Source: an uncultured delta proteobacterium
GTDB taxonomy: Bacteria > Desulfobacterota > SM23-61
Assembly (NCBI GenBank): GCA_963712535.1
Contig: CAVQIK010000002.1
Span: forward strand, 27,250 to 91,249
DNA length: 64,000 nucleotides
Direction: 5' to 3'
Positions 20,454 through 29,987 of the stretch are shown one piece after another (position 1 is the stretch's first letter; each line of letters begins with the position of its first letter). A program made the position numbers and the translations under genes. The notes under the pieces were generated by a model, which saw only the letters and a program-made list of their open reading frames with translations, was not told the origin of the DNA and made no database searches.

Positions 20454-20652
20454 TCGTCGCTCCCTAGCATTTTAACACCGCTGATTTTGAACAGCGCTCC
20501 GGCAAAACTTTCGGGTTCCCGCGCAATTTGGAAAATATCTTTTTCGACCCCCGCTGTCAAGCGCGATCCTCCTTTGCCGCGATATTTACTATCCCGGAAT
20601 GCCGTGCTATTCTCCAAGATACTTTATTTATTTTTTGAACCGGAGGACGGAC

Positions 20653-21450
20653 ATGTTAATCGTCGGGGAGAGGATGAACACCAGCCGGAAAGCGGTAAAT
20701 GAGGCCGTGGAGAAAAGGGACGCGGCTTATATCACCGTCGACGTGCAGAAACAGGCGAGGGTAGGCGCCAACTACATCGATGTGAACGCCGGCTCACGAA
20801 TCGGCAGCGAAGTGGAAGACCTGACCTGGATGGTCGAAGTCGTGGAGGCGGCGGTTGATATCCCGCTCTCCCTGGACAGTCCGGACCCCGAAGTTTTGCT
20901 GGCCGTGAGCAAGAAGGTGAAACAGAAACCCATGATCAACTCCACCACCGCGGAGAGGCCGCGTTTCGAAACTATGAAAGCGGTGGTGCAGCAGCGGGAG
21001 TGCGAGATTGTCGCCCTCTGCATGGACGAGCGGGGGATCCCGGCGGCCGCGGACCAGGCTCTCGAGAACGCCGATTTTCTGGTGAAGAATTTAACGGCCC
21101 TGGGAGTGCCCATCGAGAGGATTCATCTCGACCCCATGATCCAGCCGGTCAGTGTGAACAGCCAAAACGGCCTCCTCGCTCTCGAGACGATCCGCCGCAT
21201 CCACCAGGAGTTCCCGGGGGTGCGCACCCTCTGCGGCCTGTCCAACGTCTCTTTCGGGCTGCCCCACCGGTTCCTGGTGAACCGCACGTTTATGGTCCTT
21301 TGCATCGGAGCCGGACTCGACGGGGCGATCATCGATCCCCTGGATCAGAAGATGTTGAACAACATCCTGGTGGCGGAAACGCTGGCCGGGCGGGATGAAT
21401 ACTGTATGAAATACCTGAAGGCCAACCGGGCAGGGACCCTGCTGGATTAA
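20653..21450 (+). CDS. pterin-binding methyltransferase (AcsE/MtrH, methyl-H4folate:corrinoid methyltransferase family)
   Basis: MLIVGERMN...ANYIDVNAG...IPLSLDSPDPEVL...MINS matches the AcsE/MtrH pterin-binding barrel. RBS ggagg. The track ORF's earlier start is probably an upstream extension. Confidence 0.55.
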   Translation: MLIVGERMNTSRKAVNEAVEKRDAAYITVDVQKQARVGANYIDVNAGSRIGSEVEDLTWMVEVVEAAVDIPLSLDSPDPEVLLAVSKKVKQKPMINSTTAERPRFETMKAVVQQRECEIVALCMDERGIPAAADQALENADFLVKNLTALGVPIERIHLDPMIQPVSVNSQNGLLALETIRRIHQEFPGVRTLCGLSNVSFGLPHRFLVNRTFMVLCIGAGLDGAIIDPLDQKMLNNILVAETLAGRDEYCMKYLKANRAGTLLD

Positions 21451-21490
21451 AATCGGCTCCGGATTCTCTGAGAATCCACCGGGGCTGATT

Positions 21491-21732
21491 GTTATGTTAA
21501 CAAAACTCAACAAGTGCAAAAATATTCCTTAGAAGTGCTTCCGCAGTCCCGGTTTCGTTGGGTTAAAAAGCGTTCCAGACATTGTTGTAGGAATTCACCG
21601 CTGGTGACTTTTGGCCCCCCCTTTATTAAAGGGGGGCGGGGGGATTTCTGACCCAGGCTCTCCAAGAAAATCCCCCCTTTCCCCCCTTTTCCAAAGGGGG
21701 GAATTTTTGCATCAATTAGGAAAATTTGCGAT
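21491..21732. repeat. composite repeat copy A (about 120 bp unique segment plus two REP units), ending about 25 bp before the SDR start codon
   Basis: Near-identical to the reverse complement of 55776..56027, for example aaactcaacaagtgcaaaaatattcctt..aagtgcttccgcagtcccggtttc.ttgggt.aaaaagcgttcc followed by two REP units. Confidence 0.6.
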
Positions 21733-21756
21733 TTCTTTTTGCCGGAGGCTGTCAAA

Positions 21757-22518
21757 ATGGAAATATTTGACCTGTCGGGGCGGGTGGCCGTGATCACCGG
21801 GGGGAGCCGGGGCATCGGTTTTGCCATTGCCGAAGGCCTGGCTTCCGCGGGAGCGGCTGTCGTCATTTCCAACCGGACGGCCGCGGAGGGGGAAGAGGCC
21901 GCCGCAAAGCTCCGGCGGAAGAATCTAAAAGCCGAGGCGATCCCCGTGGACGTGTCGAGGAGGGGGTCGGTGGAGGCCCTGGTTTCCGCGGTTTTGAAGA
22001 AATTTCAGAAAATCGACATCCTGGTGAACTCGGCCGCGGTCATTCTCCGGAAACCCATCGAAGATATAACAGATGAGGAATGGAATTCGCTCCTGGATGT
22101 GAATTTGCGGGGGGTATTCCTCTGCTGCCAGGTGGTAGGGCGTGAGATGATCAAGCGCAAGCACGGGAAGATCATCAACATCTCCTCGAATGTTGCCCAG
22201 GTTCTGCAGCCGGGGAGGGGGGTTTATGCGGTAACCAAGGCGGGCGTGTCCCATCTGACCAAAGTCCTGGCGTTCGAGTGGGCGCCGCATCACATAAACG
22301 TGAATGCCATCGCGCCCGGGCCGACGATAACCGAATTGAACCGAAAATTTTTCGAGGAGCACCCGGAAGATTTACAGGCCCGGATTCAATCCATGCCCCT
22401 GGGGAGGATGGGCCAGCCCGCAGACCACGTTGGCGTCGCCGTGCTCCTGGCTTCACCGGCATCGGACTTCATCACCGGGCAAACGATATTCGTGGACGGG
22501 GGATCGATTCTTATTTGA
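21757..22518 (+). CDS. SDR-family NAD(P)-dependent oxidoreductase
   Basis: TGGSRGIG Rossmann motif and a catalytic YxxxK region. RBS ggagg. Confidence 0.85.
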   Translation: MEIFDLSGRVAVITGGSRGIGFAIAEGLASAGAAVVISNRTAAEGEEAAAKLRRKNLKAEAIPVDVSRRGSVEALVSAVLKKFQKIDILVNSAAVILRKPIEDITDEEWNSLLDVNLRGVFLCCQVVGREMIKRKHGKIINISSNVAQVLQPGRGVYAVTKAGVSHLTKVLAFEWAPHHINVNAIAPGPTITELNRKFFEEHPEDLQARIQSMPLGRMGQPADHVGVAVLLASPASDFITGQTIFVDGGSILI

Positions 22519-22560
22519 GGGGGTAAATACCCCTTTCCTCCTTCCCCCTCGATGTGGAGG

Positions 22561-22590
22561 TGTAGGGGCGACCCGCCGGGTCGCCCCTAC
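22561..22590. terminator. GTAGGGGCG...CGCCCCTAC hairpin (a member of a recurring hairpin family) downstream of the SDR gene
   Basis: tGTAGGGGCGACCCGccGGGTCGCCCCTAC. A second hairpin, ttcccgcttcgcgggaa, follows. Confidence 0.4.
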
Positions 22591-22654
22591 GGTTTGGCAT
22601 GTAAGGACCTCATTCCCGCTTCGCGGGAACGGCATCTACGATTATGAGGGATGA

Positions 22655-23362
22655 ATGGAAACGGAAGAACTTAGAGGCCTTTTGGCCATCTGGACGGATA
22701 TCGACAAAGATTTTATTCCCCAGTTCCGGGAATGGCACAGCCGGGAGCACATGCCTTTGCGAATCCCTACCCCGGGATGGTACGCGGGGCACAGGTACTA
22801 CGGACTAAAAGGGGCCCCCGGTTTTTTGATTTCGTATGAGACCTCCGAGGCGAGCGACCTCGCCGGAAAGGCTTACCACGACTCTCTGAACCTTCCCGAT
22901 GCCCGCACCCGCGAGGCCTTGAGCCATTACCGGAATTCAGTGAGGACGATCTACCGCTTACTGGAAGGGGCCGGAGAAAAGCTCCCTACCGACTCTTCCC
23001 ACTATCTCACGATCCGGTTCGACGCGGGGGCGGAACACGAACGGCTCATTTCCTGGTTTGGGCGTGAACACTTGCCGGGGATCTGCCGCATTCCCGGCGT
23101 GCGCCGGGCCCGCCTTTATGAAGCGGACGAGGCGGTCTCTCACATCATGACCGAAGAACGAAAGCTCTACGGGGCCGGCCCTGGCAAGGAGAGATTTCTG
23201 GCGGCCTACGAGCTGACGTCCGCCGAGATACCCGATTCCGCGGGGTGGAAAGAAGCCTTTGCCGGAAGCCCCCCGGCTCTGGCCAAAGAAATGAAAATCG
23301 GTCATCAGGACCTCTTTGCCCTGGAGTTCACGATTTACCCTCCGGGAAAAAATTTGCGGTAA
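22655..23362 (+). CDS. hypothetical protein with two tandem EthD/Dabb-like repeats (tentative)
   Basis: Internal duplication (W..EH.P....PG..R.R.Y pattern twice). No firm family assignment. Confidence 0.35.
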   Translation: METEELRGLLAIWTDIDKDFIPQFREWHSREHMPLRIPTPGWYAGHRYYGLKGAPGFLISYETSEASDLAGKAYHDSLNLPDARTREALSHYRNSVRTIYRLLEGAGEKLPTDSSHYLTIRFDAGAEHERLISWFGREHLPGICRIPGVRRARLYEADEAVSHIMTEERKLYGAGPGKERFLAAYELTSAEIPDSAGWKEAFAGSPPALAKEMKIGHQDLFALEFTIYPPGKNLR

Positions 23363-23410
23363 ATGTTTAGGGTTATGAAGAGGCCTACGAAATTTTCCAG
23401 GAAGCCTCAG

Positions 23411-23488
23411 AAATCCCCCTTGATCCCCCTTTTTAAAAGGGGGAAACAGCATCTCCTCCCTTTGGCAAAGGGAGGTTGGGAGGGATTT
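23411..23488. repeat. degenerate REP/BIME-like palindromic pair upstream of tctC
   Basis: aaatcccccttgatccccctttttaaaagggggaaacagcatctcctccctttggcaaagggaggttgggagggattt. Confidence 0.5.
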
Positions 23489-23608
23489 CTCGGTATTCTT
23501 TTGAAAACCCCGAATTGAGGTTTAGGACTGAGTCGATCTGCCCCTCCCCTTATCCTTTCTAAAAGTAAGGGTATCCAATAAGAGCGTTTAAAACGGAGGA
23601 ATCCTGTC

Positions 23609-24604
23609 ATGGAGAAGAAGAGTAGATCGTGTTTTTTGGTGTTTTCGCTTATCATGCTGTCCGTCGCCCTGGGGACACCGGCGGCCGCCGATTATCCGGA
23701 GCGGGCGGTTACGATCATCAATCCCCAGGCCCCGGGAGGGGCTCACGACGCGCAGGGACGGGCCTTTGCCACGGTGGCTGAAAAATATCTGGGGAAACCT
23801 ATGGTAGTGGTGAATAAACCCGGGGCCAGCACGATGATCGGCACTGTATCCGCGGCCGAAGCGCCCCCGGACGGCTACACCCTGCTCCTCGCTTCCACCA
23901 TGACCACGACCGTCGTGGAATGGGATGTGGTCAGCGGGAAAAAGCCGCCGGTGACCCGGAATGACTTCGTCACGATCGGGTCCATGACCCTGATCCCGAC
24001 GGTCATCAGCGTGCCCACCGGGAGCCCCTGGAAGAACCTGGATGACCTGGTGAAGGCGGCCAAAGCCAAACCCGGGCAATACGCGTTCTGCTCGGCCGGC
24101 CTGCTTTCCACGTCGCATCTCGGCGCGGAACTCTTCGCCCGGGCTTACGGGCTGAAATTCCGCCACGTTCCTTTCAAGGGCGGCGGGCCTTGCCTGTCCA
24201 ACCTCGTCGGGGGTCACGTGGATTTCACCACCCAGTTCACGATCACCACGATCCCTCTCGCGCAAGGGAACAAGGTGAGGATCCTGGCCAGCGAGAGCGC
24301 GAAGAGAGTGAAGGCCATCCCCGACGCTCCCACCCTGAAAGAGCTCGGCATGGACGTGGAAAACTACATGTGGGTGGGGCTGGTTGCTCCCAGGAAGACC
24401 CCCCAGGCCGTTGTGGAAAAGCTGCGGGAAGTCACGGCGAAGGTGGTGAAGGATAAGGCTTTCATCGAAGCGATCGAGAAGCTGGGCGGAGAAGTCCACT
24501 ACATGAACGGGGATGAACTCGCGACCTTCTGGGATCAAGAAACAAAGGAGCAAGACAAGCTTCTGCGCGAATTCCGGAAAGAGGGATTGGTCATCAAGGA
24601 GTAA
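23609..24604 (+). CDS. tctC: tripartite tricarboxylate transporter substrate-binding protein TctC (Bug family)
   Basis: Signal peptide and TctC/Bug family blocks (PGGAHD...YTLLLAS...KPGQYAF). Confidence 0.85.
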   Translation: MEKKSRSCFLVFSLIMLSVALGTPAAADYPERAVTIINPQAPGGAHDAQGRAFATVAEKYLGKPMVVVNKPGASTMIGTVSAAEAPPDGYTLLLASTMTTTVVEWDVVSGKKPPVTRNDFVTIGSMTLIPTVISVPTGSPWKNLDDLVKAAKAKPGQYAFCSAGLLSTSHLGAELFARAYGLKFRHVPFKGGGPCLSNLVGGHVDFTTQFTITTIPLAQGNKVRILASESAKRVKAIPDAPTLKELGMDVENYMWVGLVAPRKTPQAVVEKLREVTAKVVKDKAFIEAIEKLGGEVHYMNGDELATFWDQETKEQDKLLREFRKEGLVIKE

Positions 24605-24627
24605 GGCAAGAAACGAACCTCCGGGTT

Positions 24628-25104
24628 GTGAAAAACCATCCCGCAAGAACAATCAAAGGCATGACCCTAGAACGCGGCGGAAGCCTATTCTTTCTGGCGA
24701 TTGGAATCTACGTCCTCGTGAAATCCTTCCGCCTCCCCCTGGGAAGCTGGAACCAGCCCGGCCCGGGAGTCTTCCCTTTAATTCTGTCCCTCCTCCTGTC
24801 GATCGTCGGAGCGGCCCTCCTCGTCTCTTCCGGTGCGGGGAAAAAAATGAACTGGAGAGACGGCCTCGCCGGGCAAGTCATCCCCTGGAGCATTATCGCC
24901 CTCACCGCTCTTTTCATCCTGGGATTTGAAAAGCTGGGGTTTGTGGCCGCCTCCGGGCTTTACCTGTTCGTCCTCCTGTATGCGGTATCCCGCGTCCCGT
25001 TGGCCAAAGCAGCCGGCCTCTCAGCGGGGATCACCGCCGCGGGATGGTACCTTTTTGTGAAGATGTTGAACCTGCAGCTCCCCATCGGGCTCTGGAAGTT
25101 CTGA
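24628..25104 (+). CDS. tctB: tripartite tricarboxylate transporter small membrane subunit TctB
   Basis: Roughly 150-aa four-TM protein located between tctC and tctA. Confidence 0.75.
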   Translation: MKNHPARTIKGMTLERGGSLFFLAIGIYVLVKSFRLPLGSWNQPGPGVFPLILSLLLSIVGAALLVSSGAGKKMNWRDGLAGQVIPWSIIALTALFILGFEKLGFVAASGLYLFVLLYAVSRVPLAKAAGLSAGITAAGWYLFVKMLNLQLPIGLWKF

Positions 25105-25137
25105 GCTCGGCCGATTCGCTGAAGGAATTCATCCGCA

Positions 25138-26643
25138 ATGGAAGCGCTCAACGACCTCTACGGCGGTTTCCAAAATGCCCTCACCCTGACCAATATCTAC
25201 CTGTGCTTCATCGGGTGCGTCTGGGGCTCGATGGTGGGGGTTTTGCCGGGGGTCGGCCCTCTTGCGGGAATCACCCTGCTCATCCCGGCCACCTACGGAA
25301 TCGACGTGACCGGCGCGATCATCATGCTGGCGGGGATTTATTACGGGGCCATGTACGGGGGCTCGACCACCTCCATCCTGATGAACATCCCCGGGGAATC
25401 CGCCTCGGTCGTCACCTGCCTGGACGGATACCAGATGACCCGGAAAGGCAGGGCGGGAGCAGCCCTCTTTATCGCCGGGTTCGGCTCCTGGGTGGGAGGC
25501 ACCCTGAGCGTGCTCGGGATCATGTTCCTGGCCCCGCTCCTCGCGAATGTGGCCACGAAATTCGGGCCGACGGAGATATTCGCCCTCCTCCTCGTGGCCT
25601 TTGTCCTCCTGGGATCCCTGGGGACCGGCTCTTTCCTGAAGAGCACGGCCATGATCCTCCTCGGCATGCTCGCCGGGACCGTGGGGATGGATACCTTGAC
25701 GGGAGTGTACCGATTCACCTTCGGCATCCGGGACCTTTATGACGGCTTGGGCTTCGTCCCGGTGGCCATGGGGATGTTCGGGATCGGGGAGATCCTCTCG
25801 GCGACGGAGGAGAGCATGGTGAGGGAGGTGTACAAGCCGCGCCTCCGCGAGCTGTTGACCAGCTGGGCTGAGTTCCGGGCTTCGATCGCTCCCATTCTCC
25901 GGGGGTCGGGGATCGGTTTTTTCGTGGGCCTGCTCCCCGGAGCTGCGCACATCCTTTCCAGCTTCGTCAGCTACACCGTGGAGAAACGGCTGGCCAAAAG
26001 GCCGGAAGAGTTCGGTCACGGCCGGATCGAGGGGGTGGCCGGCCCGGAGACGGCCAACAACGCCGCCACGGGGGGAGCCATGGTCCCCTTCCTCTCCCTG
26101 GGCATACCGACCACTCCGGCGATCGCGGTCATGATGGTCGCCCTCCTGATCCACGGCGTCCGCCCGGGGCCCCTTTTCATCTCCGAAAACCCGAAGCTGT
26201 TCTGGTCGCTCATCGCCAGCATGTACATCGGGAACCTGATCCTCGTCGCGCTCAACCTCCCGCTCATCGGCATTTTTGTCAGCCTGCTGCGGGTCCCTTT
26301 CCGCGTCCTCTTCCCCGTCATTCTCTTCGTATGCCTGGTGGGCACCTACTCGATCAGCTATAATCGCTTCGACCTTATCATCCTCCTGGCCTTCGGTTTC
26401 CTTGGTTATCTCTTCCGCAAGCTGCGGTATGATATGGCCCCCTTCGTACTGGCGCTGATCGTCGGCCCGCTGATGGAAGAGGCATTCCGGCAGTCCCTCA
26501 TGCGAAGCGGCGGGTCCCCGGCGATCTTCTGGCAAAGCCCCATCGCCCTCACGTTCATCATCATTGCCGCCGTCGTCCTGGCAGCGAACATTTACCGGAG
26601 CTGGAAATCGGCCAGGGGGAGCCCGGAGAGGACAAGCGCATAG
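25138..26643 (+). CDS. tctA: tripartite tricarboxylate transporter large permease TctA
   Basis: 501-aa polytopic TctA (GAIIMLAGIYYGAMYGGSTTSILMNIPGE). Confidence 0.9.
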   Translation: MEALNDLYGGFQNALTLTNIYLCFIGCVWGSMVGVLPGVGPLAGITLLIPATYGIDVTGAIIMLAGIYYGAMYGGSTTSILMNIPGESASVVTCLDGYQMTRKGRAGAALFIAGFGSWVGGTLSVLGIMFLAPLLANVATKFGPTEIFALLLVAFVLLGSLGTGSFLKSTAMILLGMLAGTVGMDTLTGVYRFTFGIRDLYDGLGFVPVAMGMFGIGEILSATEESMVREVYKPRLRELLTSWAEFRASIAPILRGSGIGFFVGLLPGAAHILSSFVSYTVEKRLAKRPEEFGHGRIEGVAGPETANNAATGGAMVPFLSLGIPTTPAIAVMMVALLIHGVRPGPLFISENPKLFWSLIASMYIGNLILVALNLPLIGIFVSLLRVPFRVLFPVILFVCLVGTYSISYNRFDLIILLAFGFLGYLFRKLRYDMAPFVLALIVGPLMEEAFRQSLMRSGGSPAIFWQSPIALTFIIIAAVVLAANIYRSWKSARGSPERTSA

Positions 26644-26728
26644 CCGGCGTTTTGCCCTTCCTCCGGAGCAGATGTATGGCAGAAGGCGACGAAATTGATC
26701 AGATGGGGACCCGGGTTGTGGTAGAACT

Positions 26729-26830
26729 ATAGTGAACGACTTAAATAAGTTGACATGCTGTTGGCCTCCTCTGGTTGACCCGCAAAATCCCCCCTTGCCC
26801 CCCTTTGATAAAGGGGGGGTGGGGGGATTT
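26729..26830. repeat. composite repeat: tatagtgaacgacttaaataagttgac motif plus a REP unit (second copy at 38398..38506)
   Basis: A shared 27-bp motif is followed about 30-40 bp later by a nested palindrome aaaatccccccttgcccccctttgataaagggggggtggggggattt. Confidence 0.55.
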
Positions 26831-27128
26831 ACCGGGATTGCCTAACATGCAATGTCCACTTTCTTTCGTCGGGCACTATAGATGAGCAGATTTTCGGAGG
26901 CAAGAGGTAAAGGCGTTTCGGCGCAAATTTCCATTCAGGAGGAGGAGTATGAAAAGTGCGTGTCGGTTGACCCTGCTCGCGATTCCGGCGATTCTCTTTC
27001 TGAGGGGAGAGGGAGTTTCCGGATGAAAACTGATTAGGTCTTCCATAACCTCCAAAAGATCGGGTTTACCAAGCCGGCGACCGGCGGAAAGCCGGGAGCA
27101 GGCCTTTGAAACAGGAAGGAGAACGAAA

Positions 27129-27530
27129 ATGATCAAAGTGATTCGACCGCCGCAGACCAAGAAGGACAAAAAATACCAGCCTCCTTTGACCGTTGGATGG
27201 GGCATTGACGAGAAGACGGTCCCCGGGGTCAGGAACACCATGGCCAAGAGCATTGTCCCCCCCGGCGGAAGAAATCAGCGCCACTTCCACGTTTCGACGG
27301 ACGCCCTGTGGTACATCCTGAAGGGGCGGCTGAAAATCTTCTTCGGACCGGACCACGAGCTTCAAGAGACAGTCGTCGAGGCGGGAGATTTCGTCTATAT
27401 TCCGCACGGGGAGATCCACGGTTTCATGAACCTATCGAAGAAAGAGACCGCGGAGCTGATCGCCGTTTACGGGGACGTGGGCAGCAAGGAAGAAGCGAAG
27501 CCCGTTTACATCGAGAAGCCGTGGGAATAA
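27129..27530 (+). CDS. cupin-domain protein
   Basis: Cupin two-motif region (HFHVSTDALWYILKG...GDFVYIPHGEIHGF). Confidence 0.7.
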   Translation: MIKVIRPPQTKKDKKYQPPLTVGWGIDEKTVPGVRNTMAKSIVPPGGRNQRHFHVSTDALWYILKGRLKIFFGPDHELQETVVEAGDFVYIPHGEIHGFMNLSKKETAELIAVYGDVGSKEEAKPVYIEKPWE

Positions 27531-27627
27531 TCTCGGGCCCGGCCAAGTCGCTCAGGGCGTGAGAAAAATCATCCGCGTGCAGGAGCTTTTTCAAGGGTTT
27601 TTCTGTTCTTCTTTTGACGAGGGAACG

Positions 27628-28713
27628 ATGAAAATAACCGATGTGCAGGCTTATTTGCTGGCCATTCCCATGAAGGAAGTGGATTTCCCCTGTCCCTGGG
27701 TGTGGGGAGGATTTAACCAGATCATGGTCGAGATTACCACCGACGAGGGGATTACGGGATATGGAGAGGCTTTCGGATACGGCGTTCCGCGAGCGGTCGC
27801 CGCGGTGATCAACCATACCCTGCGGCCTATGTTGCTCGGTGCCGATCCCGTGAATATAACCTCTTTGGTGGATGGTTTGTTTCGACAAACCCATATTTAC
27901 GGCCGGTACGGGATTACCACCTTCGGGATCAGCGGGGTGGATATCGCCCTATGGGATATTGCCGGGAAATCCGTCAATCTTCCCCTCTACCGGCTGCTCG
28001 GAGGAACTCCCGTATCGAAGGTCCCCGCCTACGCCAGCCTGGTCCGGTATAGCAATCAAGATGATTTGAGGACGGCGGCTCTACATGCCAAGAGGGCGGG
28101 ATACCGAATGTTCAAGCTGCACCAGTTGGATGCGGAAAGCCTGCAAACCGTTCGTTTGGCCGTCGGAGAAGAGGACCGGCTGACCCTGGACGTCAACTGT
28201 GCCTGGGGCCTGGAAGAGGCGCTGGAGAGAGCACGGCAATTCGCTCCCTACCGTCTATTCTGGCTCGAAGAGCCGATTTACCCGCCCGAGGACTTCGCGA
28301 GCCTTGCCCGTCTGGGCCGGCTGAGCGGAACCGCGATCGCTTCCGGGGAGAATGCCTGTACGGCTTTTCAGTTCCGGGAAATGCTGGAGGCCGAGGCGGT
28401 CAGGTTTATCCAGCCGAGCGTGATCAAAGTCGGGGGAATCGGCGAGTGGCGCAAAGCCGGCACCCTGGCCGAATTGTATAACGTGAGGATAAATCCTCAC
28501 TCCGCCTATTTCGGGCCGGGGCTTCTGGCTACGGCTCATCTCATCGCCGCAACTCCCCAGGCGGATTTTTTGGAGCACCTGTACGTTAACCTGGAGGCAA
28601 GCGTGTTCAAAGAACCCCCTCGTTTCGAAAACGGGTTCATGCACTTGCCGGAAGGTGCGGGACTGGGCTTGGAAATCGACCCGGCCGTGCTCAAGCATTA
28701 CCGGCAGGCCTGA
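27628..28713 (+). CDS. enolase-superfamily enzyme (mandelate racemase/muconate lactonising enzyme family)
   Basis: MR/MLE N-terminal capping domain and barrel metal-ligand pattern (KLHQLD...LDVNCAW...LEEP). The start is taken at the internal Met with an RBS. Confidence 0.8.
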   Translation: MKITDVQAYLLAIPMKEVDFPCPWVWGGFNQIMVEITTDEGITGYGEAFGYGVPRAVAAVINHTLRPMLLGADPVNITSLVDGLFRQTHIYGRYGITTFGISGVDIALWDIAGKSVNLPLYRLLGGTPVSKVPAYASLVRYSNQDDLRTAALHAKRAGYRMFKLHQLDAESLQTVRLAVGEEDRLTLDVNCAWGLEEALERARQFAPYRLFWLEEPIYPPEDFASLARLGRLSGTAIASGENACTAFQFREMLEAEAVRFIQPSVIKVGGIGEWRKAGTLAELYNVRINPHSAYFGPGLLATAHLIAATPQADFLEHLYVNLEASVFKEPPRFENGFMHLPEGAGLGLEIDPAVLKHYRQA

Positions 28714-28731
28714 GGGTCATTGGGAGGCATA

Positions 28732-29121
28732 ATGAAAAAAGAGATTATTCGGACCGATAGGGGTTTTCTCTCAAAATCCCCTCTTTCGCAGGCCGTCAAG
28801 GCGGGCAGCATTCTGTTTATATCCGGTCAAGTTCCCGTATCCTCTGAAACCATGCAGCTGGTTTCGGAAGATTTTGCCGTCCAGGCTAAACATGTTCTGG
28901 AAAGTCTCAAGGGGATTGTTGAAGCTGCCGGAGGGACCCTGGGCCAGATCGTCAAAACGACGGTCTTCCTGTCGGATATCTCCCGTTTCCAGGAGATGAA
29001 CGAGATTTACAGGAAGTATTTCGCGGAGGAACCCCCGGCCCGGACTTGCATCGGAGTAAAGGAACTTCCCCGAAAGGCGCAGATTGAAATCGAGGCCATT
29101 GCCGTGTTAGAAGAGAAATAG
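28732..29121 (+). CDS. RidA/YjgF family reactive-intermediate deaminase
   Basis: RidA signature (ARTCIGVKELPRKAQIEIEAIA). Confidence 0.85.
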   Translation: MKKEIIRTDRGFLSKSPLSQAVKAGSILFISGQVPVSSETMQLVSEDFAVQAKHVLESLKGIVEAAGGTLGQIVKTTVFLSDISRFQEMNEIYRKYFAEEPPARTCIGVKELPRKAQIEIEAIAVLEEK

Positions 29122-29221
29122 TTTTCTTTCGGTAAAGTCCCGCCTCTGCCGGAGATTAGGGTTCTTCCGGCCCATCCAGGCCTGCGGAAATAGGTAAGTG
29201 CGAAAAGAGGATGGAGAGGTA

Positions 29222-29300
29222 CGTTTTCCTGAACCTCTCGAAGAAAGAGACCGCGGAGCTGATCGCCGTTTACGGGGATGTGGGCGGCAAGGAAGAAGCC
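29222..29300. other. duplicated 3' fragment (about 80 bp) of the cupin gene, a gene remnant
   Basis: 29222-29300 is nearly identical to 27428-27505: nlskketaeliavygdvg[g/s]keeakp. Confidence 0.6.
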
Positions 29301-29325
29301 AAACCCCTCACTTTGAAAAACCCTG

Positions 29326-29462
29326 GGATTGACTAAGAGCTTATCCTTAAATAAGCTCCTGGGTTTAATCCCCCTTTGAAAAAGGGGGACATAGGGGGAT
29401 TTGCTTTACATGACTTGGGGAAAATCCCCCCCAACCCCCTTTACAAAGGGGGGGAATATTAT
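29326..29462. repeat. hairpin (GAGCTTATccttaaATAAGCTC) plus REP pair; inverted copy at 37006..37142
   Basis: About 130 bp, near-identical to the reverse complement of 37006..37142. Confidence 0.6.
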
Positions 29463-29670
29463 TTACGGACAAGTTCTAAATTTCGGATCCAGTCCCTAAA
29501 GTGCCCCTTGGGCAGATCAATCTCTGGAACACATTTGAATTCCATGCCATCACGTTCGAAGATGATGCGGGGTTCATTAATCCTGTATTGGATTCTTATC
29601 GCCTGCCCCAAATCCCTTTTCACCGCCAAAAAACTTCCCCCAATTTATGAAATCGGCACGTTCTCCCGGC

Positions 29671-29827
29671 CCTTAGTGGGCATTTCCATAAATATCGTAT
29701 CGTATTTTTTCGCTTAAAAGGGTTCACAGTACGGCAGAGTCAGAGACAAGCAAATGGAGTTCCTTGATACGTCCCTTCCAGAAATCTCCCCCGCCCCCCT
29801 TTATCAAAGGGGGGAAGGGGGAATTTC
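29671..29827. repeat. about 125-bp repeat plus a REP unit; second copy at 41275..41400
   Basis: gtgggcatttccataaatatcgtatcgtattttttcgct.aaa.gggttcacagtacggcagagtc..g.gacaagcaaatggagttccttgatacgtcccttccagaaatc, about 96% identical between the copies. Confidence 0.6.
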
Positions 29828-29987
29828 TGAGGCTTGTTCTCATGGCCAGGGTTTCCTTTTTCCAAACTTCAAGAGCCTGCAACATAGTACAGAAGCAGGC
29901 CGCTGCGTAACCTGAATACGTTAGTGACTTTATGAACTACTGTACTTAGTCTCCCGGGTTTCCAAAGTCGGACAGCATTTACGGGGC

